Shown in pieces: positions 48,475 to 57,456 of a stretch of DNA of 64,000 bases. The translations under genes and the position numbers were made by a program. This DNA comes from Longimicrobiales bacterium. GTDB lineage: Bacteria; Gemmatimonadota; Gemmatimonadetes; Longimicrobiales; Gaopeijiaceae. The notes under the pieces were generated by a model that worked only from the letters and a program-made list of their open reading frames with translations, did no database searches and had not been told where the DNA came from. The stretch spans positions 928,001-992,000 of the forward strand of contig OZ242008.1 in NCBI GenBank assembly GCA_965204735.1, written 5' to 3'. Position 1 is the first letter of the stretch, and every line of letters begins with the position of its first letter.

Positions 48475-49427
48475 CGCAGGCCGTCGGTCGCTTCGGCGTC
48501 GGCTCCGGCGGCTTCGGCAAGGGGCCTGGCGGCTTCGGCAAGGGACCCGGCGGGCTCGGCAGAGGGTCGGCCGGCTTCGGCGGCTTCGCCGGCGGCCTTC
48601 AGTTCCACGTCACGCCGTGGGTCAAGCGGCTTTTGGCGGCCAACGCGGCTGTGTTCCTGGTCACGGTAGTGGCGGGCGACGCGATGATCGACCTCTTCGC
48701 CTTCAGCCCCGGCCGCCTCGGGGACCGCCCGTGGGGGGCGCTGACCTACATGTTCGTCCACGCGGGCCTCTTCCACCTGCTGATGAACTTGCTGGTCGTC
48801 TTCTTCTTCGGGCCCCCGCTGGAGTCCGAGTGGGGCTCGGAGCTCTTCTTGAAGTTCTACCTGCTGTGCGGCCTGGGCGGGGTCCTGCTGAGCTTCGCCT
48901 TCAGCGACGCCTCGATCGTGGGAGCGTCCGCGGCGTGCTACGGCCTCATGCTCGCCTTCGCCATGACGTGGCCGAACGCTCCCATCCACATCTGGGGGAT
49001 CGTGCCGGTCAAGGCCAAGTGGGTCGTGGGGTTCCTGGCGGCACTGAGCTTCGCGAGCGCAGTCGGCGCTGCCGGGGGAGGCGGACGCGGAGACAACATC
49101 GCCCACCTCGCCCACCTGGGCGGCGTCGTCGCGGGCTTCCTGCTCATGAAGAGCGGATGGATGAGCGCCGCCGGCCGGACGCCGACGCGCCGGCAGACCC
49201 GCAAGCCCGGGCGCAAGGTCGAACGCAAGCGGGTCCTGTCGCCTGCTCCTCGGGTCGCCGAGGTCGTGGAGCGCCGCCGAGCCGAGAAGCGCGCCGCGAA
49301 GGAGCGGACCGACCTGGACGCGATGGACGCAGTGCTGGACAAGATATCGGCCCGGGGCATCCAGTCGCTCACCGACGGAGAACGAGAGCTGCTGGACCGC
49401 ATGTCCAGGCGCAGCCAATCCAACTGA
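48471..49427 (+). CDS. Rhomboid family intramembrane serine protease
   Basis: 'TYMFVHAGLFHLLMN', 'GASA', 'AHLAHLGG'; C-terminal 'DAVLDKIS..GIQSLT..E'; Gly-rich N-terminal repeats. Confidence 0.9.
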   Translation: MTQAVGRFGVGSGGFGKGPGGFGKGPGGLGRGSAGFGGFAGGLQFHVTPWVKRLLAANAAVFLVTVVAGDAMIDLFAFSPGRLGDRPWGALTYMFVHAGLFHLLMNLLVVFFFGPPLESEWGSELFLKFYLLCGLGGVLLSFAFSDASIVGASAACYGLMLAFAMTWPNAPIHIWGIVPVKAKWVVGFLAALSFASAVGAAGGGGRGDNIAHLAHLGGVVAGFLLMKSGWMSAAGRTPTRRQTRKPGRKVERKRVLSPAPRVAEVVERRRAEKRAAKERTDLDAMDAVLDKISARGIQSLTDGERELLDRMSRRSQSN

Positions 49428-49484
49428 CCAAGCCCGACGAGGGCTCCCTCCTTCCCAAGACAAGTAGAGACAAAGGAGACCGCC

Positions 49485-51575
49485 ATGGCCGCGGCCAAGT
49501 CGTTCAAGACGGAGCAGATACGCAACGTGGTGGTGCTGGGGCACGGAGGGTCGGGCAAGACGACCTTGATCGACGCGCTCTGCTTCGCGGCGGGCACCTC
49601 GAAGAGGCGGGGCCGGGTCGGCGACGGCAACGCCCTGACCATGACCACTCCGGAAGAGACGGCCCACGGGATGTCGATGCAGCTGACCGTCGCCCATGCC
49701 GTGTGGGAGGGGACCAAGATCAACCTGCTGGACACTCCCGGCTACATGGACTTCGTGGGCGAGGCCGTGGCCGCCGTCCGGGTGGCCGACGCCGCGGTGG
49801 TCGCCGTGACGGCCCAGTCCGGCGTGGAGGTCGGGACGGAGATGGTCTGGAAGCTGTGCGACCAGCGCGAGCTCCCCCGGGCCGTCTTCGTCTCGATGAT
49901 GGACAAGCAGCACGCCGACTTCGACAAGGCGTTCCGCGACGTCAAGGACGCGCTGGCGCCCGGCGCGGTCCTCGTCGAGCTGCCCATCGGCGAAGGCGCC
50001 GACTTCCGTGGAATCGTGGACCTCTTCACCGGCAAGGCCCGCCTCTTCAAGGAGGGGACGCCCTCCGGGGAGTACGACGAGGCCCCGGTTCCCGACGAGA
50101 TCGCCGACCAGGTCGAGGAGTGGTCCACCGAACTGATGGAGACGCTGGCCACCACCGACGAGGACCTCCTGAACCGCTACTTGGAAGGCGACGAGATCCC
50201 GCCCGAGGAGGCGATGGCCGCCATGGCCGAGGCCGTGGCGCAGGGCGAGGTCGTGCCCGTCTTCTGCGGCGCGGCGGAGCTCTCCTTCGGCGTGCGCGGC
50301 TTGGCGGAGAAGCTCGTCGCTCTCGCGCCCCACCCCGGCCGGGCCGAGATCGAGGCGTCCGGCCCCGACGACGAAGCCGTGGCGCTCCGCCCCGCCGACG
50401 ACGAAGTCGCCGCCGCCCTCGTCTTCAAGACCAGCGCTGAGCCCCATGTGGGCGAGCTTTCCTTCTTTCGCGTCTTCTCGGGGATGGTCGTCAACGGCAG
50501 CGACCTGTCGAACACGGCCCGCGACGCCACGGAGCGGCTCAACCACTTGGCCGTGCCCATGGCCAAGGAGCGCGTGGAGGTGGAGGCGCTCCACGCGGGC
50601 GACATCGGCGTCGTCGCCAAGCTCAAGTCCACTCGCACTAACGACACGCTGGCGGCCCCCGGGAGCCGGCTCGAGCTGGCCGGCGTCGCGTTCCCCAGCC
50701 CCGACATCTCCGTAGCGGTGCGGGGCGCGGCAAGGGCCGACGAGGACAAGCTCGGAGAAGCCCTGAGCCGGCTCCATCAGGAGGACCCGACGTTCTACGC
50801 CGAGTTCAACCCGGAGCTGCGCCAGACGATCGCCCGAGGGATGGGCGAGCTCCACCTGAGCGTCCACTTCGAGCGCATGAAGCGGAAGTACGGCGTCTCG
50901 GTGGAGACGGAGCAGCCCGGGATCGCCTACCGGGAGACGATCACCGCCGTCGCCGAAGGACAGGGACGCTTCAAGAAGCAGACCGGAGGCCGAGGTCAGT
51001 TCGGCGACTGCTGGGTGCGCCTCCGCCCCAGAGGTCGGGGCGAGGGGTACGAGTTCGCCAACTCCATCAAGGGCGGCGTGATTCCGTCCAAGTACGTGCC
51101 GTCGGTGAACCGAGGCATCCAGGAGGCCGCGGCCAAGGGCGTGGTGGCCGGGTACCCGATGGTCGACTTCGAGGCCGAGTGCTACGACGGCTCCTACCAC
51201 TCGGTGGACTCTTCGGACATCGCCTTCAAGGTGGCCGGATCGTACGCCTTCAAGAACGTGGCGGAGAAGGCCAAGCCCGTCCTCCTGGAGCCGATCGTCG
51301 AGGTGACGGTGACCGCGCCCGACGAGTACCTGGGCGACATCATGGGCGATCTGAACAGCCGCTCGGCCAAGGTGCTGGGCATGGAGCCCTCGGGCGGCCG
51401 CACCGTCATTCGGGCCGAGGCGGCCCAAGCCGAGCTCTACAAGTACGCCTCGGTGCTGCGGTCGATCACGCAGGGCCGGGGCCACCACACCCGCAAGCAC
51501 CTGGGGTACGACGTCGTGCCGGCGGCGCGGGCGGCGAAGATCAAGGAAGAGGCCCGGAACGGCGAGAAGGCCTGA
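49485..51575 (+). CDS. fusA: Elongation factor G paralogue (EF-G2-like), outside the str operon
   Basis: 'IRNVVVLGHGGSGKTT', 'DTPGYMDF', 'GMGELHL', 'YRETI', 'KKQTGGRGQFG', 'YHSVDSS'; RBS AAAGGAG. Confidence 0.92.
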   Translation: MAAAKSFKTEQIRNVVVLGHGGSGKTTLIDALCFAAGTSKRRGRVGDGNALTMTTPEETAHGMSMQLTVAHAVWEGTKINLLDTPGYMDFVGEAVAAVRVADAAVVAVTAQSGVEVGTEMVWKLCDQRELPRAVFVSMMDKQHADFDKAFRDVKDALAPGAVLVELPIGEGADFRGIVDLFTGKARLFKEGTPSGEYDEAPVPDEIADQVEEWSTELMETLATTDEDLLNRYLEGDEIPPEEAMAAMAEAVAQGEVVPVFCGAAELSFGVRGLAEKLVALAPHPGRAEIEASGPDDEAVALRPADDEVAAALVFKTSAEPHVGELSFFRVFSGMVVNGSDLSNTARDATERLNHLAVPMAKERVEVEALHAGDIGVVAKLKSTRTNDTLAAPGSRLELAGVAFPSPDISVAVRGAARADEDKLGEALSRLHQEDPTFYAEFNPELRQTIARGMGELHLSVHFERMKRKYGVSVETEQPGIAYRETITAVAEGQGRFKKQTGGRGQFGDCWVRLRPRGRGEGYEFANSIKGGVIPSKYVPSVNRGIQEAAAKGVVAGYPMVDFEAECYDGSYHSVDSSDIAFKVAGSYAFKNVAEKAKPVLLEPIVEVTVTAPDEYLGDIMGDLNSRSAKVLGMEPSGGRTVIRAEAAQAELYKYASVLRSITQGRGHHTRKHLGYDVVPAARAAKIKEEARNGEKA

Positions 51576-51646
51576 GCAGCCGGCGACCTGGACGGCCGCG
51601 CCTTGCTGTCCCGGCCCGTGGGCGCCGGGCTCTCGTCGCCTCTGGT

Positions 51647-52783
51647 CTAGCTCTCGCAGATCGACGGGTTTGCCGCCAGCCAATCGAGAAGCGCTTCGGC
51701 GGCCCACTGGTGGCCTTGCGGGCTCCAGTGCGGATCGTTTGGCCAGTGGGCGTCGTACGGATCTCCGCCACGGGCCAGAATGTGGTCCATCTGGTCGATT
51801 GCGGGAATGTCGCGCGCGGATGCCAACCGCTCCATGTAGTCGAGCATCGACGCAGCATTGGGACTCCTGGTCGCGACGAACCCCGACAAGATCACCAGCG
51901 AGCTTCCTGCCTCCTGCGTGTTCTTCTTCCACTCGTCGAGTGCGAAGGCCGTGAAAGTCCGGTCACGTTGTCGCTGCGGCCACACGAACGGATCGCGACG
52001 ATCCAGGGACGGGAAGACAGGCGACAGATTCGCGCGCAACATCGGAAGCCGCATCTTGATCCACGTTCCAACGTACGGGCGAAGAACATCCGGGACGAAT
52101 CCCCAAGGCGGTGGACTTTCGAATGGATGTGAAGGGTGTGGTCGGGAGGAGACGCCGGGCGCAATCAACTCCAGCGTCCCGTCCTGGTCCGCGCGCACGT
52201 GGGCATAGGGAACGCCACGCATGGGACTCCTCCCGTTGTTGCCGAAGTCGTTGGGCGTGAAGACGAGCACCACCAGCTTCGGCGAGCGGTGGCCGATCCA
52301 CTCGTCCCACCATGGGAGCTGGGCGACTTGCCCCGTGTTGTGGTGGCCGTATGCGGACACGGTGACGTCCCATCCGGGCAAGCGCTCCGCCGCCATCTGT
52401 TCCAGGCGGACTTGAAGCTTGTCGGACACTTGGACTTCGTTCGCCTCGACGTAGGAGTCGCCGACGACGGCCACGTGACAGCTGGCGGCGGCGCGCTGGG
52501 GGCTGAGCGGTTCCCGGTCCAGGAAGCCAATGCTGTTGGCGCGCTGGACCGTCCACCAGTCGAGGGTGTTCGTCGAACGGACTTCCGAATGGGGCTTGAA
52601 CCGCACGCCGACGCCGGGCACCAGCTCGGTGACGTGCGTGGTGCTTCGAAAGGGCCACGTCAGTCGGAGGTAGGCTTCGGCGGAGGCGACCACCGCGCAG
52701 GAGGCTGCCGCGAACGCCAGCGCGTTCCAGAGTGCGATGCGCGCCACGGCGGAGCTGCAAAGGCGGGAACGCGCCGTCGTCAT
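51647..52783 (-). CDS. Membrane-anchored SGNH/GDSL-family protein (AlgX/AlgJ-like), array copy A
   Basis: N-terminal TM helix, block I 'VGDSY', block V 'DPHW'; ATGA overlap with the upstream copy. Confidence 0.8.
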   Translation of the reverse strand: MTTARSRLCSSAVARIALWNALAFAAASCAVVASAEAYLRLTWPFRSTTHVTELVPGVGVRFKPHSEVRSTNTLDWWTVQRANSIGFLDREPLSPQRAAASCHVAVVGDSYVEANEVQVSDKLQVRLEQMAAERLPGWDVTVSAYGHHNTGQVAQLPWWDEWIGHRSPKLVVLVFTPNDFGNNGRSPMRGVPYAHVRADQDGTLELIAPGVSSRPHPSHPFESPPPWGFVPDVLRPYVGTWIKMRLPMLRANLSPVFPSLDRRDPFVWPQRQRDRTFTAFALDEWKKNTQEAGSSLVILSGFVATRSPNAASMLDYMERLASARDIPAIDQMDHILARGGDPYDAHWPNDPHWSPQGHQWAAEALLDWLAANPSICES

Positions 52784-53958
52784 CCGTTGCAGACGGACGG
52801 GTTTGCGGCCAGCCATTCAAGGAGCGCCTCGGCGGCCCACTGGTGGCCCTGGGGGGTCCAGTGACTGTCGCTGGCAAAGTGCGCATCGCGGGGGTCGCCG
52901 CCCCGAAGGAGAACGTGGTCCAGCTGGTCGATTACGGGGATGTCGCGCTTGAAGGCCAACCGCTTCATGTCGTCGAGCATCGACCTGGTTCGCGCGTGAC
53001 CGGGCGCCGCGTCGTGGCCCGACAGAACGACCAACGAGGCGCCTTCCCCATGCACTCGCTCCTTCCACTCGTCGAACGCGAAGGCGGTGAAGGTCCTGTC
53101 CCGTTGCGTCCACTCGAAGAACGGTCCCGGACGGTCCCGGGACGGAAGGGCCTGCCACAGCTTTGCTCGCCAGATCGGAAGCCGCCGTCGGATCCAGGTC
53201 TCGACATGGGAACGAGGCTGTCGGGGGGAGTAGAACGGTAGGGAGGCGCGCGCGCCGGGCAAGGTCGGCTCGTAGCTGGTCCACTCGACGACCTCTTCGT
53301 AGTAGTCGGGGAGGGAGACGCGCGCGCCGGGCAAGACCAGCTCGCGGCTGCCGTCTTGGGCCGTTCGCGCGTAGGCGTAGGGCCAATCTCCCACCCGCCG
53401 CGACCGCCCGTTGTTGTAGAAGTCGTTGGGCACGAAGACGAGCACCACCAGCTTCGGCGGACGGTGCCTGATCCACTCGTCCCACCATGGGAGCTGGGCG
53501 ACCTGCCCCGTGTCGCGGAAGCCGTAGGCGGCGACGGTGACGTCCCATCCGGGCAAGCGTTCCGCCGCCATCCGTTCCAGGCGGACTTGAAGCTTGTCGG
53601 ACACTTGGACTTGGTTCGCCTCGACGTAGGAGTCGCCGACGACGGCCACGTGACAGCTGGCGGCGGCGCGCTGGGGGCTGAGCGGTTCCCGGTCCAGGAA
53701 GCCAATGCTGTTGGCGCGCTGGACCGTCCACCAGTCGAGGGTGTTCGTCGAACGGACTTCCGAATGGGGCTTGAACCGCACGCCGACGCCGGGCACCAGC
53801 TCGGCGACGTGCGTGGAGCTTGGAAAGGGCCACTTCAGCCGAAGGTAGAGTTCGGCGGAGGCGACCACCGCGCAGGAGGCCGCCGCGAACGCCACCGCGT
53901 TCCAGAGTGCGATGCGCGCCACGGCGGAGTTGCGAAGGCGGGAAAGCGCCGTCGTCAT
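52780..53958 (-). CDS. Membrane-anchored SGNH-family protein, array copy B
   Basis: 'VGDSY', 'DSHW'; ATGA overlap; internal duplication LPGARVSLP/LPGARASLP. Confidence 0.8.
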   Translation of the reverse strand: MTTALSRLRNSAVARIALWNAVAFAAASCAVVASAELYLRLKWPFPSSTHVAELVPGVGVRFKPHSEVRSTNTLDWWTVQRANSIGFLDREPLSPQRAAASCHVAVVGDSYVEANQVQVSDKLQVRLERMAAERLPGWDVTVAAYGFRDTGQVAQLPWWDEWIRHRPPKLVVLVFVPNDFYNNGRSRRVGDWPYAYARTAQDGSRELVLPGARVSLPDYYEEVVEWTSYEPTLPGARASLPFYSPRQPRSHVETWIRRRLPIWRAKLWQALPSRDRPGPFFEWTQRDRTFTAFAFDEWKERVHGEGASLVVLSGHDAAPGHARTRSMLDDMKRLAFKRDIPVIDQLDHVLLRGGDPRDAHFASDSHWTPQGHQWAAEALLEWLAANPSVCNG

Positions 53959-55070
53959 CCGTCGCAGACGGACGGGTTTGCGGCCAGCCATTCAAGGAGC
54001 GCCTCGGCGGCCCACTGGTGGCCCTGGGGAGTCCAGTGCCAATCCGTACGGAAACGGGCTTGGCTTTGGCTTCCGCCCTGTCGCAGGATGTAGTCCAACT
54101 GGTCCACGACAGGGATGTCGCGGGCGACCGCCAAGGGCGTCAGTTGATCGAACGCCCACAATCTCATCTCGTTCGAGGTCGCTGCCAGCAAGACCAGGGA
54201 GGCGCCGGCTGGCCGGGTGCGCTCCAGCCACTCGTCGAACGCAAAGGCGGTGAAGTCCTGCCGTCCCGCACCTACGAACGCCGGCTCGGGACGGCGCAGG
54301 GACGGAAAAGCCAGCCACAACTTCTCCCTCCATATCCTGAACCGATGCCGGGCCCACACTCCCACATAAGGTCGGAGCGAGAACGGAAGGAGCTGCCAAG
54401 CGCGGTCGTGCAGAGGCGTCGCGGAGGGCACGGAGACTTGATTGCCGGGCGTGAAGAGTTCCAGGCTGCCGTCTTGGGTCCGTCGCGCCATGGCGAACGG
54501 CGGCTCTGCGGTGACGTGTCGTCTCTGGTTGTCGAGGAAGTCGTTGTGCACGAAGACGAGCACCACCAGCTTCGGCGCGCGGTGCCTGATCCACTGGTCC
54601 CACCAAGGGAGCTGCTGGACTTGGCCCAGGCCCAGGAAGCCGTAGGCGGCCGTGGTCAAGTCCCACTCGGGGAACTGCTCCCGCGCCATGCGTTCGAGGC
54701 GCACCTGCACCTTGTCGGCGATGGGCACCTCGGGGGCCTCGACGAATGAGTCGCCGACGATGGCCACGTGACAGCTGGCGGCGGCGCGCTGGGGGCTGAT
54801 CGGCTCCCGGTCCAGGAAGCCCAGGCTGTTCGCCCGCGAGGTCGTCCAGAAGTCCAACGTGTTCTCCCAGCGCACTTCGGAGCGGGGCTTCAGGCGCAGG
54901 CCGACCCCTGGCACGAATTCGGTCAAGCGTTGGGAGTGCGCGAAGGGCCAAGTGGCGCGCAGATAGGCTTCGCCCGCCGCGAAGACGAGTGCCAAGGCCG
55001 CCCCCAGGAGCAGACCGTTCCACAATGCGATGCGCCAGGGCGAAGCCGCCGTGCCGGAAGACGTCGTCAT
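53955..55070 (-). CDS. Membrane-anchored SGNH-family protein, array copy C
   Basis: 'VGDSF', 'DWHW'; ATGA overlap. Confidence 0.8.
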   Translation of the reverse strand: MTTSSGTAASPWRIALWNGLLLGAALALVFAAGEAYLRATWPFAHSQRLTEFVPGVGLRLKPRSEVRWENTLDFWTTSRANSLGFLDREPISPQRAAASCHVAIVGDSFVEAPEVPIADKVQVRLERMAREQFPEWDLTTAAYGFLGLGQVQQLPWWDQWIRHRAPKLVVLVFVHNDFLDNQRRHVTAEPPFAMARRTQDGSLELFTPGNQVSVPSATPLHDRAWQLLPFSLRPYVGVWARHRFRIWREKLWLAFPSLRRPEPAFVGAGRQDFTAFAFDEWLERTRPAGASLVLLAATSNEMRLWAFDQLTPLAVARDIPVVDQLDYILRQGGSQSQARFRTDWHWTPQGHQWAAEALLEWLAANPSVCDG

Positions 55071-56182
55071 CCGTCGCAGACGGACGGGTTTGCGGCCAGC
55101 CATTCCAGGAGCGCCTCGGCGGCCCACTGGTGGCCCTGCGGAGTCCAGTGCCAGTCGTATGGGAAACGGGCTTGGCTTCGGCTTCCGCCCTGTCGCAAGA
55201 TGTAGTCCAACTGGTCCACGACAGGGATGTCGCGGGCGGCCGCCAAGGGCGTCAGTTGATCGAACGCCCACAATCTCATCTCGTTCGAGGCCGCTGCCAG
55301 CAAGACCAGACGAGCACCGGCCTGGCGGGTTGCCACCTTCCACTGGTCGAACGCAAAGGCCGTGAACTCCGACTTCGTCGAGGGGGAGGGGGGGGGGGGG
55401 GGCGGTGGCCGTCGTGCCAGGCGAGTCGCCCATGTCGTTCGCCAGATCTGCAGCCTGCGTTGCAGCCACTGCCAAGCGAAGAGGCCGTGAAGCAGATGGC
55501 GACGACGGCCCCCTGCGGGCGAGGCGGTCGGAGGGGGCGCGCCGAAGCTGGCCCTGCGCAACGCGATGCCGCGGTCCTCCGCTCGATGGACCTGGGCGAA
55601 GGCGGTCGGTTGGATCCGGCTCGGCGCGTCGTGCCAGGCGTTGTCGAGAAAGTCGTTGTAGACGAAGACGAGCACCACCAGCTTCGGCGGTCGGCGCCTG
55701 ATCCACTGGTCCCACCAGGGGAGCTGCTGGACTTGGCCCAGGGTCCGGAAGCCGTAGGCGGCCGTGGTCAAGTCCCACTCGGGGAACTGCTCCCGCGCCA
55801 TGCGTTCGAGGCGCACCTGCACCTTGTCGGCGATGGGCACCTCGGGGGCTTCGACGAAGGAGTCGCCGACGATGGCCACGTGACAGCTGGCGGCGGCGCG
55901 CTCGGGGGTCGGCGGCTCTCGGTCCAGGAAGCCCAAGCTGTTGGCCCGGGAAGCCGTCCAGAAGTCGAGCGTGTTCGTCCAGCGCACTTCGGAGCGGGGC
56001 TGCAGGCGCAGGCCGACCCCTGGCACGAATTCGGTCAAGCGTTGGGAGTGCGCGAAGGGCCAAGTGGCGCGCAGATAGGCTTCGCCCGCCGCGAAGACGA
56101 GCGCCAAGGCCGCCCCCAGGAGCAGACCGTTCCACAATGCGATGCGCCAGGGCGAAGCCGCCGTGCCGGAAGACGTCGTCAT
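55067..56182 (-). CDS. Membrane-anchored SGNH-family protein, array copy D (internal G15 tract, in frame)
   Basis: 'VGDSF', 'DWHW'; G15 at 55388-55402 encodes poly-Pro. Confidence 0.8.
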   Translation of the reverse strand: MTTSSGTAASPWRIALWNGLLLGAALALVFAAGEAYLRATWPFAHSQRLTEFVPGVGLRLQPRSEVRWTNTLDFWTASRANSLGFLDREPPTPERAAASCHVAIVGDSFVEAPEVPIADKVQVRLERMAREQFPEWDLTTAAYGFRTLGQVQQLPWWDQWIRRRPPKLVVLVFVYNDFLDNAWHDAPSRIQPTAFAQVHRAEDRGIALRRASFGAPPPTASPAGGRRRHLLHGLFAWQWLQRRLQIWRTTWATRLARRPPPPPPPSPSTKSEFTAFAFDQWKVATRQAGARLVLLAAASNEMRLWAFDQLTPLAAARDIPVVDQLDYILRQGGSRSQARFPYDWHWTPQGHQWAAEALLEWLAANPSVCDG

Positions 56183-57357
56183 CCGTCGCAGACGGACGGG
56201 TTTGCGGCCAGCCATTCAAGGAGCGCCTCGGCGGCCCACTGGTGGCCCTGCGGAGTCCAGTGCGCATCGTTTGGCCAGCTGGCGTCGCGTGGGTTCCCGT
56301 CGTGGGCAAGAATGTGGGCCATCTGGTCGACTATGGGGATGTCGCGTTCGCCCGCCAGTCCCTTCAAGTTGTCGAAGATCAACCGGGTCTGCGGGTTGGC
56401 GTACATGACATGCGGCACCAGGACGACGAGCGAGGCGCCGGCCGGCCGGGTGCGCTCCAGCCATTCGTCGAACGCAAAGGCGGTGAAGTCCTGCCGTCCC
56501 GCACCTACGAACGCCGGCTCGGGACGGCGCAGGGACGGAAAGGCCAGCCACAACTTCTCCCTCCATATCGGGAACCGATGCCGGGCCCACACCCCCACAT
56601 AAGGTCGCAGCGAGAACGGAAGGAGCTGCCAAGCGCGTTTGTACAGAGGCACGGTGGACGGCACGGCGACTTGATCGCCGGGCGTGAAGAGTTGCAGGCT
56701 GCCGTCTTGGGTCCGTCGCGCCGTGGCGAGGGGCGGCTCTCCGGTGACGGATGGTCTCTGGTTGTCGCGGAAGTCGTTGTCCACGAAGACGAGCACCACA
56801 AGCTTCGGCCGGCGGTGCCTGATCCACTGGTCCCACCAGGGGAGCTGCTGGACTTGGCCCAGGGTCCGGAAGCCGTAGGCGGCCGTGGTCAAGTCCCACT
56901 CGGGGAAGTGCTCCCGCGCCATGCGTTCGAGGCGTATCTGCACCTTGTCCACGATGGGCACTTGGGGAGCTTCGACGAAGGAGTCGCCGACGATGGCCAC
57001 GTGACAGCTGGCGGCGGCGCGCTCGGGGGTCGGCGGCTCTCGGTCCAGGAAGCCCAAGCTGTTGGCGCGCTGAACCGTCCACCAGCCGATGGTGTTCGTC
57101 GAACGGACTTCCGAATGGGGCTTGAACCGCACGCCGACGCCTGGCACCAGTTCGGTGACATGGCTGGGGCTGCGAAAGGGCCAGGTCAGCCGGAGGTAGA
57201 GTTCGGCCGCCGCGACGACGGCGCACGATGCCGCCACGAACACCAGAGCGTTCCACAGGACGATTCGTCCGACGGCGCACGGTGCGCCTTTCCGCACCGG
57301 GGAAGCCCCGTCTTCTGTCGTACGCCGGGTCCGGGGAAGGGAAGGGGACGTGGGCAT
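56179..57357 (-). CDS. Membrane-anchored SGNH-family protein, array copy E
   Basis: 'VGDSF', 'DAHW'; first gene of the array. Confidence 0.8.
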   Translation of the reverse strand: MPTSPSLPRTRRTTEDGASPVRKGAPCAVGRIVLWNALVFVAASCAVVAAAELYLRLTWPFRSPSHVTELVPGVGVRFKPHSEVRSTNTIGWWTVQRANSLGFLDREPPTPERAAASCHVAIVGDSFVEAPQVPIVDKVQIRLERMAREHFPEWDLTTAAYGFRTLGQVQQLPWWDQWIRHRRPKLVVLVFVDNDFRDNQRPSVTGEPPLATARRTQDGSLQLFTPGDQVAVPSTVPLYKRAWQLLPFSLRPYVGVWARHRFPIWREKLWLAFPSLRRPEPAFVGAGRQDFTAFAFDEWLERTRPAGASLVVLVPHVMYANPQTRLIFDNLKGLAGERDIPIVDQMAHILAHDGNPRDASWPNDAHWTPQGHQWAAEALLEWLAANPSVCDG

Positions 57358-57456
57358 GGCGCAAGTAACGTAACGAGGGCGACGAGCGAGACGCCGGGCG
57401 CGGGCCGGCGCTTCGGAGACGGTGTTCCTTTGGTCGAGCCGATCCGCGTCTCGAGC

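Noticed and set aside
53955..56309. 784-aa ORF suggesting a fused double SGNH protein
   Set aside because: Its first half is an off-frame reading of copy D. The real gene starts at ATG 55070 with the same ATGA overlap as its paralogues.
51647..57357. Diversity-generating retroelement or shufflon explanation for the paralogue variability
   Set aside because: There is no reverse transcriptase, template repeat, adenine-specific variation, invertase or inverted cassette. All copies are co-oriented full genes.
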